From Vicugna vicugna (Eukaryota), in NCBI GenBank assembly GCA_013265495.1, contig MU058868.1:816587-880586 (forward strand): a DNA stretch of 64,000 nucleotides, written 5' to 3'. The notes below the pieces were generated by a model. The model did not search any database. It worked only from the letters and a program-made list of their open reading frames with translations, and had not been told where the DNA came from. Shown here piece after piece: positions 1-10,576 of this stretch (position 1 is the stretch's first letter; each line of letters opens with the position of its first letter). Both the position numbers and the translations under genes were made by a program.

Positions 1-340
1 CCCAACACAAGCCGCCGTCCTGAGCCACCCAGGCACCCCACCAGACAGCAGAGAGCACCACCTTGGGCCACCGGGTCCCCCCACATGGGCCCTTGCATGC
101 TGACCCCCTGACCCCCCAGGACCCTTCAACAAAGGTGCCCAGGACTTGGGCTTTTTGAGACCCTTGCCCCCCAGCTAGGAAATCAGAGGGGAAGACTCCT
201 ACAGTCGACCTCCTTTTTCGTCTTATTCTGAACAAAATGTGCACATTAAAGCTGCCACTTCTAGGAGGGCCTTCCCCCAACTGTTAACCAAAGAAAAAGC
301 ATTGCAATTAAGAAAATACATATAATGGTCATACTAACAT

Positions 341-346
341 TTTATT
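341..346 (-). terminator. TMEM129: Polyadenylation signal (AATAAA) of TMEM129
   Basis: TTTATT on + strand in an AT-rich patch ~1.2 kb downstream of the TMEM129 stop codon; the actual cleavage site is inferred. Confidence 0.65.
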
Positions 347-1566
347 AAATAGCGTATCACTTCCCTACAATAGATTTACCTTTATAAAACTAAGTAACTT
401 CTTTCTGTAGAAAAAACTCCAGGCCTGGCTCTCCCTTGCCAGGGTTTGAAACTCCGGGCTGAGGCTGGGCATGGCTCCTGGCTGCCCCTCTGACGGCCTC
501 CATCTGTGAGCGCCCCTGAGGACCACAAAGCTCGGCCATCTCGCTCCCAAATCCCAGGGTTTTTTAGGGGGCTCAGGGCTGCTCCAATAGCCACATCTGT
601 CAGAGCTGTACTTTGGGGCCTGGCAGTTCCCTCCCTGCTCCCCACCTGCACCACTGGGAAGTGGGAATGCAGCTGTCAGTGCCTTGACCACTGGGCACAT
701 CCCCTTCTCAAACGGGTGGACCCTGCAGGGCTATGGCCAGCCTTGTGCTGAGTCCCAGTAGGCTTGTCTGGATAGAGAATGCTGCTGTGGTGCTTGGTCT
801 TCAATGTTTTCCCTACCAGAAGCCTGAGACTTGGCCTGTTCCCCGGACTTGCAGCAGCAACAGAAGGCACATGGGTGGGTACATGCCCCTTCAAGGGGTA
901 GGCAGCCCCCATAAGCACACAACTAAGGGAATGGCAGCTGTAAGCAGCGAGCCCCTCACCCGGCCCCTGACAGGAAACCCAGAGTATCCCTGGAAAGGGA
1001 GCAGGTAGGGGCCACCCACGTAGGAGAAGGCCCTTGGCTAGTTGCAACCATCAGGAGACCCTGGAACAGAACCCCAGGTTTCCCCCTCCATCAGCAGGCT
1101 CTGTGCCAGGTCCTCCATGGGGAGTAGAGGGTGCCAAAACAACAGGGCCACAGCCAGCTTGGGGACAGGAGCAGAATAGACTGATGTAAAATCTGCTGGA
1201 AAAATTTGGGTCTGTCATGTAACCAAAGAGCAGTTAAAATTTATGTGCCCCATAAGTTTAAGGCAAGTGGCTCAGGTTAGGGCCATCTGGGGCAGACCAC
1301 AGGGTCTCCCAAAACCCAGCTAGGGGCCCCAGAAGGCTCTGGAGATGGAACCGATAGCACGTCCTGTGTCCAGCACCTTCCCCTACCCAGAGGAACGGAG
1401 AGTGGAGGCAGAGGCAGTGAAGACCAGTCCCACTGCCGCAGACAGAACTGCAGCAGGAAACTTCTTTTTAAAACAAAAGCCCTGGTCCCTCTGCAGCTTC
1501 GGGGAGCAGGTGAGTTGCTACGCTGGGAAAAGAGAGCCTGTGGTGTCCCCAGAAAGGCCGACAGGC

Positions 1567-1815
1567 TTAGCGCACAGCGCACACATCCAAGATGCAGAAG
1601 CGCGCACGGCAGGTGGGGCAGGGCACTCGGCTGGCCAGCCAGGTGTCCGGGCGCTGCGGATCCTGGCGGCTGGCGAACCACTTGCCCATGCAGGTGAGAC
1701 ACCACATGGGGCGGCAGTAGCACTGTTGGCATTCGCCCTCCGCCGCCTCCTGGCAGGTCTTCACCAGCTTCACGCTGGCACGTGTCTGCATGCAGCCGAT
1801 GCACGCCTCCAGGTC
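1567..1815 (-). CDS. TMEM129: TMEM129 exon 4 (C-terminal cysteine-rich C4C4-type RING of the ERAD E3 ligase), ends in TAA
   Basis: Acceptor tgcag|GAC at 1815; translates DLEACIGCMQ...CQQCYCRPMWCLTC...CPTCRARFCILDVCAVR*; 249 nt, phase 0. Confidence 0.97.
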   Translation of the reverse strand, partial: DLEACIGCMQTRASVKLVKTCQEAAEGECQQCYCRPMWCLTCMGKWFASRQDPQRPDTWLASRVPCPTCRARFCILDVCAVR

Positions 1816-1907
1816 CTGCAGCAGGCCAAGGTGGTCACAGGGGCCCCGGCCTATAGAGCCCCCCACCCCAGGAGATGTGGGAATCCATCACCCACCCAGG
1901 CCCCCAC

Positions 1908-2067
1908 CTGGCTGCTGGGGACTGAGTAGGCCGGGTTGACCTCCACCAGGGAGGCAAATGTCTCCAGGAACAGGTCGCCCAGGCTCTGGTGGATGACAAC
2001 GTTGGCCGCGCTGCGGATGGGTGCCCGGAGTTTCTCACACAGCTCACCGTACTCCGTGGAGTTCAGC
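1908..2067 (-). CDS. TMEM129: TMEM129 exon 3
   Basis: gtgcag|G CTG AAC...AGC CAG|gtgggg; translates LNSTEYGELCEKLRAPIRSAANVVIHQSLGDLFLETFASLVEVNPAYSVPSSQ; 160 nt, phase-compatible with both neighbours. Confidence 0.96.
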
Positions 2068-2727
2068 CTGCACGAGGTGGTTGCTGCTGGGCTGGACCAC
2101 TGGACTGAGGCCTCTGCAGGGCAGGGCCATCATTCCCAGGCAGGCTGGCAAGGACCCTGGGGCAGTGGCAGGGAGGCCAAGTCTGTGCCACAGTGAGCGG
2201 GGCACCCATGACCACACGGAACATGGAGACTCAGGCACAGCCTGGCTGCCAGATGAAGACCAGCTAGCAAAAATGGCCAGAGCACCGAGCCCACAGACCC
2301 AGTGCTGCCCAGCTGACCACCGCCCTCCCAGGACACAGCAAGGTTGAAGGATGGTAGCTAAGACATGGAGTGCCTGGCCCTCAGTAGATTCAGGCCCAAG
2401 GCATGTCCCAGGAGGAGCACAGCAGGCCGGCCACAGCCTGAACTAGACAGGAGGACCTCGGCTCCAGCCCAAGCCTGTGTCCGGTACAGTGACCCCCAAA
2501 CATCCCTGTGGGGCTCCCCCTAAGAAGCTGCAGAAGGCAGCTCAGATGAGAAGTGAAGGAGGGAGCTGAGAGTACCTGAGAAGACAGGGGTCCAGCAAGG
2601 CGGCCTAGGGTGGGCAGTGCCGCCCTGAGGGAGGGGCACACTGGAGGGACCAAATCCCACCCACCATCGCCTCCTGAGTAAGACAAACACCAGATCTTGG
2701 GTGCTGGCCAGGCGTGGGCAAGCCTAC

Positions 2728-3202
2728 CGGATGTCGAAGGCCTGCACAGCAGGGCTGGCGCTGGCTACGCGGATGGTAAGCAGCTGCACAGGTAGATTCG
2801 AGTCTGGCGAGAGGTCATGCTGCTGGGATTCCGTCACAGTCAGGTGCACATCCTGCTGCTGGGCCACGTGCACACGGTACGTGGTCACCTTCATCACCCA
2901 TGTGTCCGTCACAATCACCCGGGCACCCGGAGCCCCCGTAGCAAATTTGTCAATCCTCCGGAACTCAGTGTTCACGGAGGAAGCGACAGCTCGCCAGCCT
3001 GACTGTGGGAGGGCATAGAGGGCCAGGGTGCGGGCCAGGGGGTGGTGGGCCCACTGGTCCCGGGACCAGTAGTAGATAAGGGTGCAGGCAATGGTGGGCA
3101 GCAGCACCGCCAGCAGGAGGAAGACCCGCCAGATCTCCGGGGCCTGGCTGGGAAAGTAGAGCCGCTTTTCTGAGGCTGCGAAGCACATGCCCACGTAGTA
3201 GC
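2728..3202 (-). CDS. TMEM129: TMEM129 exon 2 (transmembrane region)
   Basis: ttgtag|GC TAC TAC...ATC CG|gtaggc; 475 nt; matches ORF 2724..3194 (GMCFAASEKRL...QAFDIR). Confidence 0.97.
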
Positions 3203-3424
3203 CTACAAGGGACAGAGCAAGCCTCAGCAGGGGTGGGGGCTGCTAGGCTGTCATCCTCTCCAGGAGGTTCCCACTGAGGTCCACAGGGCTATCCCTGTTG
3301 GGGGCGGGGGGGCTTCCTTTTGTCTCCATCCTTGGGCCAGGGCAAGGCCATGGTACCCTAGGGCAGGTGAGCCTCACCCGCCTCCACAACTGGTCCAACT
3401 CAGCCCTTACCCTGTCAGCAGAAA

Positions 3425-3540
3425 ACATTTTTATCTTACTACTTCAGTTCCATACAAATAACACATGCGTACTGGGGAAAACCTACAAAAGCAAAAATAC
3501 AAGGCTCTCATGTCACCCAATGCAGAGTTGCCCACTGGCC
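3425..3540 (-). mobile_element. Old L1 (L1ME-like) 3'-end fragment
   Basis: AT-rich tract resembling the reverse complement of L1ME tails; consensus recalled from memory. Confidence 0.4.
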
Positions 3541-4685
3541 CTCCTGGGGCCAGATCCAGGCCTCTGGATGCCACCCACTCTTGAGGAGGCAGAAAAGGGC
3601 ATGGCCATCCCAGAACCGGAACATCGTGTGCCAGTGAGCAAGGTATGACACAGGCATGTCACAAGGACATCAGGGGAGCCAGCTCCAGGACCCTGCTGGC
3701 CAGATGGGGGCCAATTTGCATGTCAATAACGAGGTAGACAATAACCCGCAGCACAGGCTTGAAGTTGCAAAAACAATAGCAAGCACTTTTGATCAAGCCA
3801 ATACAATTTCTCTCGCCCCATAGCAATAGATAACAGGTCTATGAAGTTTCAAAGCTGTTGCAAAACAAATTAAGAAAAGAAAAACTCCTTGTCTGACTCT
3901 AAGGCCAGGCTCCACCATTTCGTCCTCGTGTGGCCCAGGGAAGTCACTTGGCTCACTTCCCAGTTTCCCTGTCCTGCCCAGCCCCCCTCAGGCTGGTGGG
4001 AGGCATGCAGTCAAGAGGTTCCAGAAGCTTCGGAAATCCTTAGTTCCCGGGGCAGAAACCCAATCCACAACCCTCAGGAGAACCCAAACTCTGAACCACA
4101 CTTTCCTCCTGCGGGGTTTCCCTGCCTCACAGGGGAGCTAGGTGGAGCGAGCTCACCACGCAGGCTGTCTCTGTCCTGGCCTGGGCTCTTCTCTGCCCTC
4201 CATCCCCATGAGGCAGGCAGCCCCCTGGCCTCAAGCCAGCCTCTCAAAGAGACCGGCTACACCTGAGTCACTACCCAGCACAGCCCCTGGCAACATCTGA
4301 GCGTCCTGGCCACATACACACCTTCCCGGGTCTCTGCACCCGTGACACTTCCTCCTGCCGTCATGCTCTTTGTCTGTCCTTCCCGCATCCTCCTTCCAAG
4401 GACTGGGGCAGGCCACCAATGCTGGCATCAGTTAACTCACGTTCTTCTACAGGGAGCTGCCCCCCATGCGATAGCTCACAACTTGCCCCAGTGAGTGAAG
4501 CATCCCCTCGCGCAGGGTCCTGAGCCTGCCTTTCTGCCGCCTGCAAGAGGCCAGCTGCCGCCACTTCCCTCCTGGGAGCACACGAGCTCACAGCCTAGGC
4601 TCTGACCCGGACGCCCTCCCCGGTCTCTTCTCGCTCTGAGGTCCCGGAGCTGGGCCTCGAGCGCCGCCCCGCCCACCGAGCTCAC

Positions 4686-4890
4686 CGAGCGGCAGCAGCG
4701 AGTGGCACAGCAGCGTGGCGGCCGTGCGGCGCAGGTGGTAGGGCACGAAGGCAGCGTCCTCGCTGCCCAGCCAGCCCGACAGCAGGTTCTGCACCGTGAG
4801 CCCGGCCGAGTGGAACTCGGTGGGAGTGAACACGAAGCACACGGCAAATACCAGGTAGGCCAGCGTGAACGTAACCTCGGGGCTGTCCAT
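4686..4890 (-). CDS. TMEM129: TMEM129 exon 1 coding part; full CDS 205+475+160+249=1089 nt, 362 aa
   Basis: ATG at 4890, MDSPEVTFTLAYLVFAVCFVFTPTEFHSAGLTVQNLLSGWLGSEDAAFVPYHLRRTAATLLCHSLLPL G|gtgag. Confidence 0.97.
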
Positions 4891-5194
4891 CGCGCCGCCG
4901 TCCCCACCGGGAAGCCGTCCGGGAGAAACCCGCCTTCCGGGCGAAACCCGCTGCCCGGACGCCCGGAGCAGGCCCCAGCGTCCGGGTCCGGTAAGCGCCG
5001 GGCAGCGCGGGGCACTCTGGGAAGTGGAGTCCCCACTCTCAGACCACTCGCGCGGCGCTCTGGGAGCTAGGGTCCCGCGGGGCACTTTGGGAAATGGAGT
5101 TCCCGTGCCCGACACCCGGCAGAAGTCGTGAGCGCCGCGATAGTCCTCGCGAGGGTTTGGGTTCTCACGACCTGCCCTGGGGGCGGCGCTGCAC

Positions 5195-5235
5195 CTGGTC
5201 CCATTTCACAGCTGGGGAAACTGAGACACGGGCGA
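5195..5235 (-). mobile_element. MIR core fragment inside the promoter island
   Basis: cccatttcacagctggggaaactgagac matches the MIR core (antisense). Confidence 0.5.
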
Positions 5236-5539
5236 CTGGTTCTCGGGCCCTGGCCTTTCCGCGCAGCCTAGGGGCGCCCGCAGCAGAGCTCGAGATTCCT
5301 GGGCGACGGCGGTCCGCGCGGTCAGCCCGCCCACGAGCAACCTTTCCCCATCGCCTGCTGCGGGAGCCGCAGTTACCGAGAATTCCAGCGCCCGCCACGC
5401 CCAGCGTACCGCTAGCGCCGGAAGCGGAACCCCTTGTGGGCGCGGCGTCAGCCATGGCCTCCCATTGGCCGCCGATTCCGTGCGTCTCGCCCCAGCCGCA
5501 CGCCGATTGGCCGCGCGCGCCAACCGTCGGTATTTGAAT

Positions 5540-5608
5540 CGGCGGCGGGGAGAGGGGCTCCCGGACTCGACGCCTCCCGCTCTCTTGTTTCCGCGCGGCG
5601 GCCGACAG
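5540..5608 (+). other. TACC3: TACC3 non-coding exon 1 (start approximate)
   Basis: Strong donor CAG|GTAAGG at 5609, just downstream of the CCAAT/CHR module; TSS is inferred. Confidence 0.7.
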
Positions 5609-7290
5609 GTAAGGCGGCAGCGGGGTCCGGGCTCGGGGTTCCGGCCTCGCCTCCTCTGGCCCCAGGCCTCTGTCTGCCGTGGTGGCGACCACCCTGGTCG
5701 TGGCCCCCTCCCCCCGGGAAGCACTCCCCCCGCGACGCCTCTTCCCACAGTCGCGAGCGGAGCCGGCGGCCTCCCACCCTTTGCCTCCGAGACGCCTGGT
5801 GGTCCCTCTGCCGCCCTCAAAGACAGAACAGCCCGGGCCCGCTGCGCCGCCCTCCCCCCCACCCCGGTGACCTCGTCCAGCCGCAAACCACCCGTGGCTG
5901 TGACCTGCAAAGACACGTCTCCGCCGCCGAATACTCTCCGGCTTGCTGTCCGTACCCTCTGGGCGTAGCCCCACCTGTGAGCCATCGCCGATTCCTGCCG
6001 CACCTGCCGCAGAAACCTGGGCTCTGCGCTCCCGCACCGCTGATCCCGCAAGACCCGCTCTCTGGGGCCGCCAGTCTTCCTGCCCTCCTGACCCGGCCCC
6101 TCCTCGCTCTGGAGCCGCCTTCGCGGCCCCCTCCTCAGTAGAAGCCAGACCCATAGAGGCTGCCATCATTGTTCTCCCACCTTCTCCGGCAGAGGGAGTT
6201 TGCCTCCAAGTCTGTCTCCCTCTTATGTCCCCCTCGTTTTACCCAGCTGTTCAGGCCAAAACTAGTAGTTACTCTTGACTTACCCTTCTTTTTCTTGCCT
6301 CCACACACAGTGTGTGGGCCTGTTGGCAAAGCAGGGCTGACCACCCAACCCCTGGCCAGATGCAAGAGCCTCTGACTCCCCACTTCCCTCCTGCCCCTCC
6401 CGGTCCTCCACACCAGCGCCCCCGCCCCTGGCCTCACCCTTCAAGGGGGCTGGTCACCCTGACCTCCCACCCCAACCTCACCTCTTCCAAGGCCACCCCT
6501 ACCTACTCCCTCTGCCCCAGCCACCCAGCCTCTTTAAACCGCAGTCCCCAGGGCCCCCACTACTAGCAAGTACCTGTGGTGCCCCCTTGGGCAGGTCAAC
6601 GCCCAGTTCTCTGGTGACTCCTGGACTCAGGAGGCCACGTCAGTCACCATGACAAAGACTTTGGGGAGAAGTGGGACTGCTCTAGAAACTTCTGGGCCCA
6701 GCTGGAGGCCCCTGGTGTGTTTCTACTCTGCAGACTCTGATGTAGAAGCCACTTGACTCCCTACAAACGATTCTGCACCCTGCTGCTTGTTACCTTCTCT
6801 GGCTCCTCCTCTGGGCCTCCACCCTCCCAGCACCTTGTCTGGTCCCCATTTCCTGGCCCCATAGGCAGAGTGCAGGCTGCCGTGCTGTCTGCTCTCCCAT
6901 CCTCCACCAGTTTGGTAGCCCACTCCAACTCTGACACCGAGGCCTGCAGGGAGACGAAGATTCCTATGCCTCATCCAGTGTCATCACAGATCAGCCCTTA
7001 CCTGTCTCCCAGCCTTTACCCACAAAGTTCAAGTTATTTCGTCGACATGGTTTTCCCTCCTTGCCCTGAGGGCTGGGGACCCCTTTAGCTCTTGCACCTG
7101 GGAGGTGGCAGCTCCCCCCAAAGCAGGGAGGGGACTGCCTGGCAGAGGACATGCTGCCTAAGGTGTGACCCACCTGTGCAGGCAGGGGGATGTCCTCACT
7201 CAGCACCATGGGGTCAGCCCTGTCCTTTCCACATACATGCGTCCAGACAACATGCCCTGCTGCTGACACAAAACTGTTTGTTTTTCCAGA

Positions 7291-7452
7291 ATGAGTCTGC
7301 ACATCTTCAGTGACGAGAATGTCACTGATGACAAAAGCACAGAGAACTATGACTTCCTGTTTTCACCACTGGAAGTTACCGGAAGGTTGCCTGTACTCCG
7401 TTTGTCACAGAAAGAAAATGTGCCACCCAAGAGCACAGCCAAAGCAGTGAAG
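7291..7452 (+). CDS. TACC3: TACC3 exon 2 (start codon)
   Basis: tttttccag|A ATG; MSLHIFSDENVTDDKSTENYDFLFSPLEVTGRLPVLRLSQKENVPPKSTAKAVK|gtgagc. Confidence 0.96.
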
Positions 7453-7606
7453 GTGAGCATGTCTCCCCCTGTATAGATCTAAATCTACCAAGTGTCACAG
7501 GTGCAGTCATCCTGGGACCTGCTTTCCCGGGGACTTACTGCGCTGCCAGGGCATGGTGCTTGGAGATGTGAGTTACTGACTAGGAGCCCTCCTCCCTCCC
7601 CAACAG

Positions 7607-7749
7607 GTGACTTTTCAGACACCTCTGCGGGATCCACAGACACACAGGATTTTAAGTCCCAGCATGAGCAGCAAACTTGAAGTTTTTTTAGCTCTGGGCG
7701 ACACCCCTGGATTAGAAAACTCTCACCAAGTCTGGACCCAGAAGGAGAA
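7607..7749 (+). CDS. TACC3: TACC3 exon 3
   Basis: caacag|GTG ACT TTT CAG; VTFQTPLRDPQTHRILSPSMSSKL...WTQKE AA|gtaagt; 143 nt. Confidence 0.96.
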
Positions 7750-8444
7750 GTAAGTGTCGGTGCCGTCTGATGTATTGCAGCTGTGACCTCTCTGACGGAC
7801 GTGGCAGGAAGAGTCTGTCTTGTTTGTCACATCCAGCTGGTCTCTGCTCTGGGTTTGTGTCGTGCATGGCCAGAGTACTCAGAAGTCATTTGTTCCTGAA
7901 GAGTGAGTCCCGAAGCAGCGTGAGTTTAAATGTGCGTTCCGCACCTTTGCTGCATCCTTGCCAACAAACTGGCCGTAGTTTCTGCTTCCCTGGCTTCGTG
8001 AAATGTCCTGGCCTCCTCTCCTGGGGCTGCTCTGTGGTTTGCTGCTTTTATAGCATTCCACTGGGATCTCCCTCCTCACAAGTCAGCCTCATGTTCTCCA
8101 CATCCAGCCCTGGAGAAAGCTCACAGACAGATCTTACCTCTGAAGGCAGAGAAACTGTTAATCTAGTCAGAGTGCCAGTGGCGTCTGACGGACCAGGTTT
8201 TAAGCACCTGACTTTAATCAAGAGCAGCTTCTTCGCAGCCTGCCCTGGCCGAGGCGTTTTACTGGATGTGCTGGTAGCCTAAGCAAAGCCGAGGCTTTTC
8301 CAGCCTCAGTCTGGAGATGAGTCCGCTGCCCCCAGATTAGGACGGACCAAGTGGGCAGGCCCGGGACCCTCTGCGTCTGGGTGAGAAGGGGCCTCGCTGG
8401 CGCATTTGGTCCTGACTTTTGCTGACTTAAACTGTTTTAGACCT

Positions 8445-8560
8445 TGCTTTTTCTTTTAAACAGGTTTCAGAGAAACATGTAAAAGCAAAACATCGCTAAT
8501 GTCCCCGTCACCTAACTCGAGTGAAATGTGCTCGGGCCACGTTCCCTCCTCCTCCTCCTG
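8445..8560 (-). mobile_element. Old L1M 3'-end fragment
   Basis: Poly(T)-led tract resembling an antisense L1MC/MD tail; consensus recalled from memory. Confidence 0.35.
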
Positions 8561-9112
8561 AATCCCTCCTCCCCTTTCCTTGCTGCTTTCCAACTTTAGA
8601 TTTTTTACTCTTCATTTTGAAATTCAGCTAATGAGATTAGAGTGATCAAATACCGTTCTTCTGTAACAGCCCCACAAGGGAAGGGAAACCCAGCTGTTGG
8701 GACTCTGCCTCCGGGCTGCTCCAAGGCCACAGAGGGGAGGCGCGGGAGGCCCAGGAGGACCCAGGGTGGGCAGGCCTGAAGGCAGTGTCCTGGACCTCAT
8801 CTTTCTTGCTCTCCAGTGAGGAGCCTGACCCTCCTGTGCCCAGACTGTCCTTGACCACGTAGCTGCTAGGCCCCAGCTGACAGGGGAGCCTGGCCTTTGA
8901 TCCTTTGCCTTTGGCGTTTCCACGCCATCTGCCTTGGAACCCTGGGTCTCCAGGTGGCCGCCAGCAGACTGCGCTTGGAAAGTTAACCTAGGAAGGTTGA
9001 TTGTATGATTGTATGTTTTTTTTTCTTTCTTTAACTAATGTTTTCACGCAGACTGAAATCTAAATGAAAACCTAACTGGTTCATTTGTGTTAACTAAGTC
9101 TGTTTCTAAAAG

Positions 9113-10009
9113 CCAACAGTTTACCCAGGAAACAGAGACCAGGACAACTAATGGAATTCTGCAGAAGCCAGCAGTGGAGGGGGCCAACCTTCCTCCAGGG
9201 TTCGTGAGACCAGCGTCTGAAGACAGGCTTCCCAGTGGGCCCGCCTGTGCCGGTCTGGGTCCCTCAAGCTTCCCTCAAATGCCAGAAAGTGTTGAAAACC
9301 AAGTGGCATCTTCAGGACGAGTGTCAAGCAGCCCTGAACAAGCCTGGGAGGAGCATGTCCATTCTCGTTCCTCAGAGGAAAGTGTTGCATCCACACCCAA
9401 GATTCTAGAACACCCTCCCGGGATGGTGTCCCAAGACACAGACAGAGCAGAGGACCCATGTAGCCTCCCAGGAGAAAACCCGGATGCGGTTCCTGCTTCA
9501 TGCGTGGGGGCTGCTCCAGCTCCCGGTACCCTCCCCGGAGGAGCCCACGCAGGGGAGCCCCACACAGACCTGCCTGACGAGGGCCCTGTGGGCCCCGAGG
9601 CCACTGCCCTGGTCGGCCGTGTGGAGGCTGGAGGGGCCCCAGCCCCCAGTTCTCAGAGTGAGGAGGGCAGGGTCCAGGAGGCCAGCTCTTTGAGAAGCAG
9701 GCCTGTGAGGCTAGAATTTGACTTCCCTGATGATGCCACCAGCAAAAAGCCACCTCCACTGAGGAAACGAGGGACGGCCCCAGGTCTCAAACCTCCCTCA
9801 AGGAGACCAGAGATGAGGCAGGAAAAGGCCACCATGGCTGCGGGCGAGGGTCCTGATCCCCCTCCACGAAGGTCTGGCAGCCTGGATGGGGACAAGCTGG
9901 ATGACCCAGACTTTAACCCATGTGGAGGTGACGGAGAGGCCTGGCCCCCGGAGCACCCCCAGAGCAGGCCAGCCAGGCCTGCAGCCGCAGAGGACTCATC
10001 ACCAAGCCA
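9113..10009 (+). CDS. TACC3: TACC3 exon 4 (large low-complexity exon, 897 nt)
   Basis: ctaaaag|C CAA CAG; ORF 9087..10013 (TTNGILQKP, VRLEFD, DKLDDPDFNP); donor CA|gtgagt. Confidence 0.94.
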
Positions 10010-10576
10010 GTGAGTGTCGGGGGGTGGTGGCAGGGCAGCAGCTCCAGGGTGTGGGCGCCCGTGGGCCCCAGACCAGATGTGCCACCTGCACCCCGAGAGG
10101 CCCAGGGCAGACGCAGCTCTTGGGAATAAGAAGCAGAGGAGTGACGTCGGCCCCTCACAGGGGGCGTCCTGTGCTGTGACCCACCCGGGAGGTCTAGAAA
10201 GCTCCTAGCAGAGAGTCCCTAGGGTTCCCCGAGGCAGCGTGGCTCCAGGGGAGCCCGAGTTTCCTGGCGTGAGCTCCCAGGACGCAGCTTCGTGGCCGCC
10301 GCGGGCGTGTGGCCACAGAGGAGCCCACCCAGCTCCTGCTGCGGTTTCCTGATGGGGGGGATACGTGGATCCTCGTGGTTTGCTTTTCCTTGAGTTGAGT
10401 GACCTCAGAGCTCCTTCTGAGGAGTGGTTCTCGTGCAGGTGAGGTTGGGGGCCGGCTTTGCCGGGCTGCTCAGCTGGCCCCGTGCCTGGCTTGCTGGGCG
10501 GGGTTTGCAGGGCAGGCGGCAGGTGAGTGCCGAAGTGGCAGTGGGGACACAGGCCCTGCAGACCCTGTCTCTTCAG

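Larger units (their letters stand above)
4600..6150. promoter_or_regulatory. CpG island / bidirectional promoter of TMEM129 and TACC3
   Basis: Dense CpG between the divergent first exons; ZNF143-like motifs at 5012-5100, ETS CCGGAAG at ~5418, inverted CCAAT boxes at 5464 and 5506, MYB-type CAACCG at 5521, CHR TTTGAA at 5533. Confidence 0.92.

Noticed and set aside
3756-3799. Hairpin GGCTTGA...TCAAGCC with an inner CAAAA/TTTTG stem as a possible intronic H/ACA snoRNA or miRNA
   Set aside because: Only 12 bp with a large bulge; no convincing two-hairpin H/ACA layout and too short for a pre-miRNA. An Infernal/Rfam search would settle it
5165-6169. 334-aa minus-strand ORF and overlapping 235-281 aa ORFs
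   Set aside because: These are CpG-island shadow ORFs (Arg/Gly/Ala/Pro-rich, few stops because of GC content) with no recognisable domain
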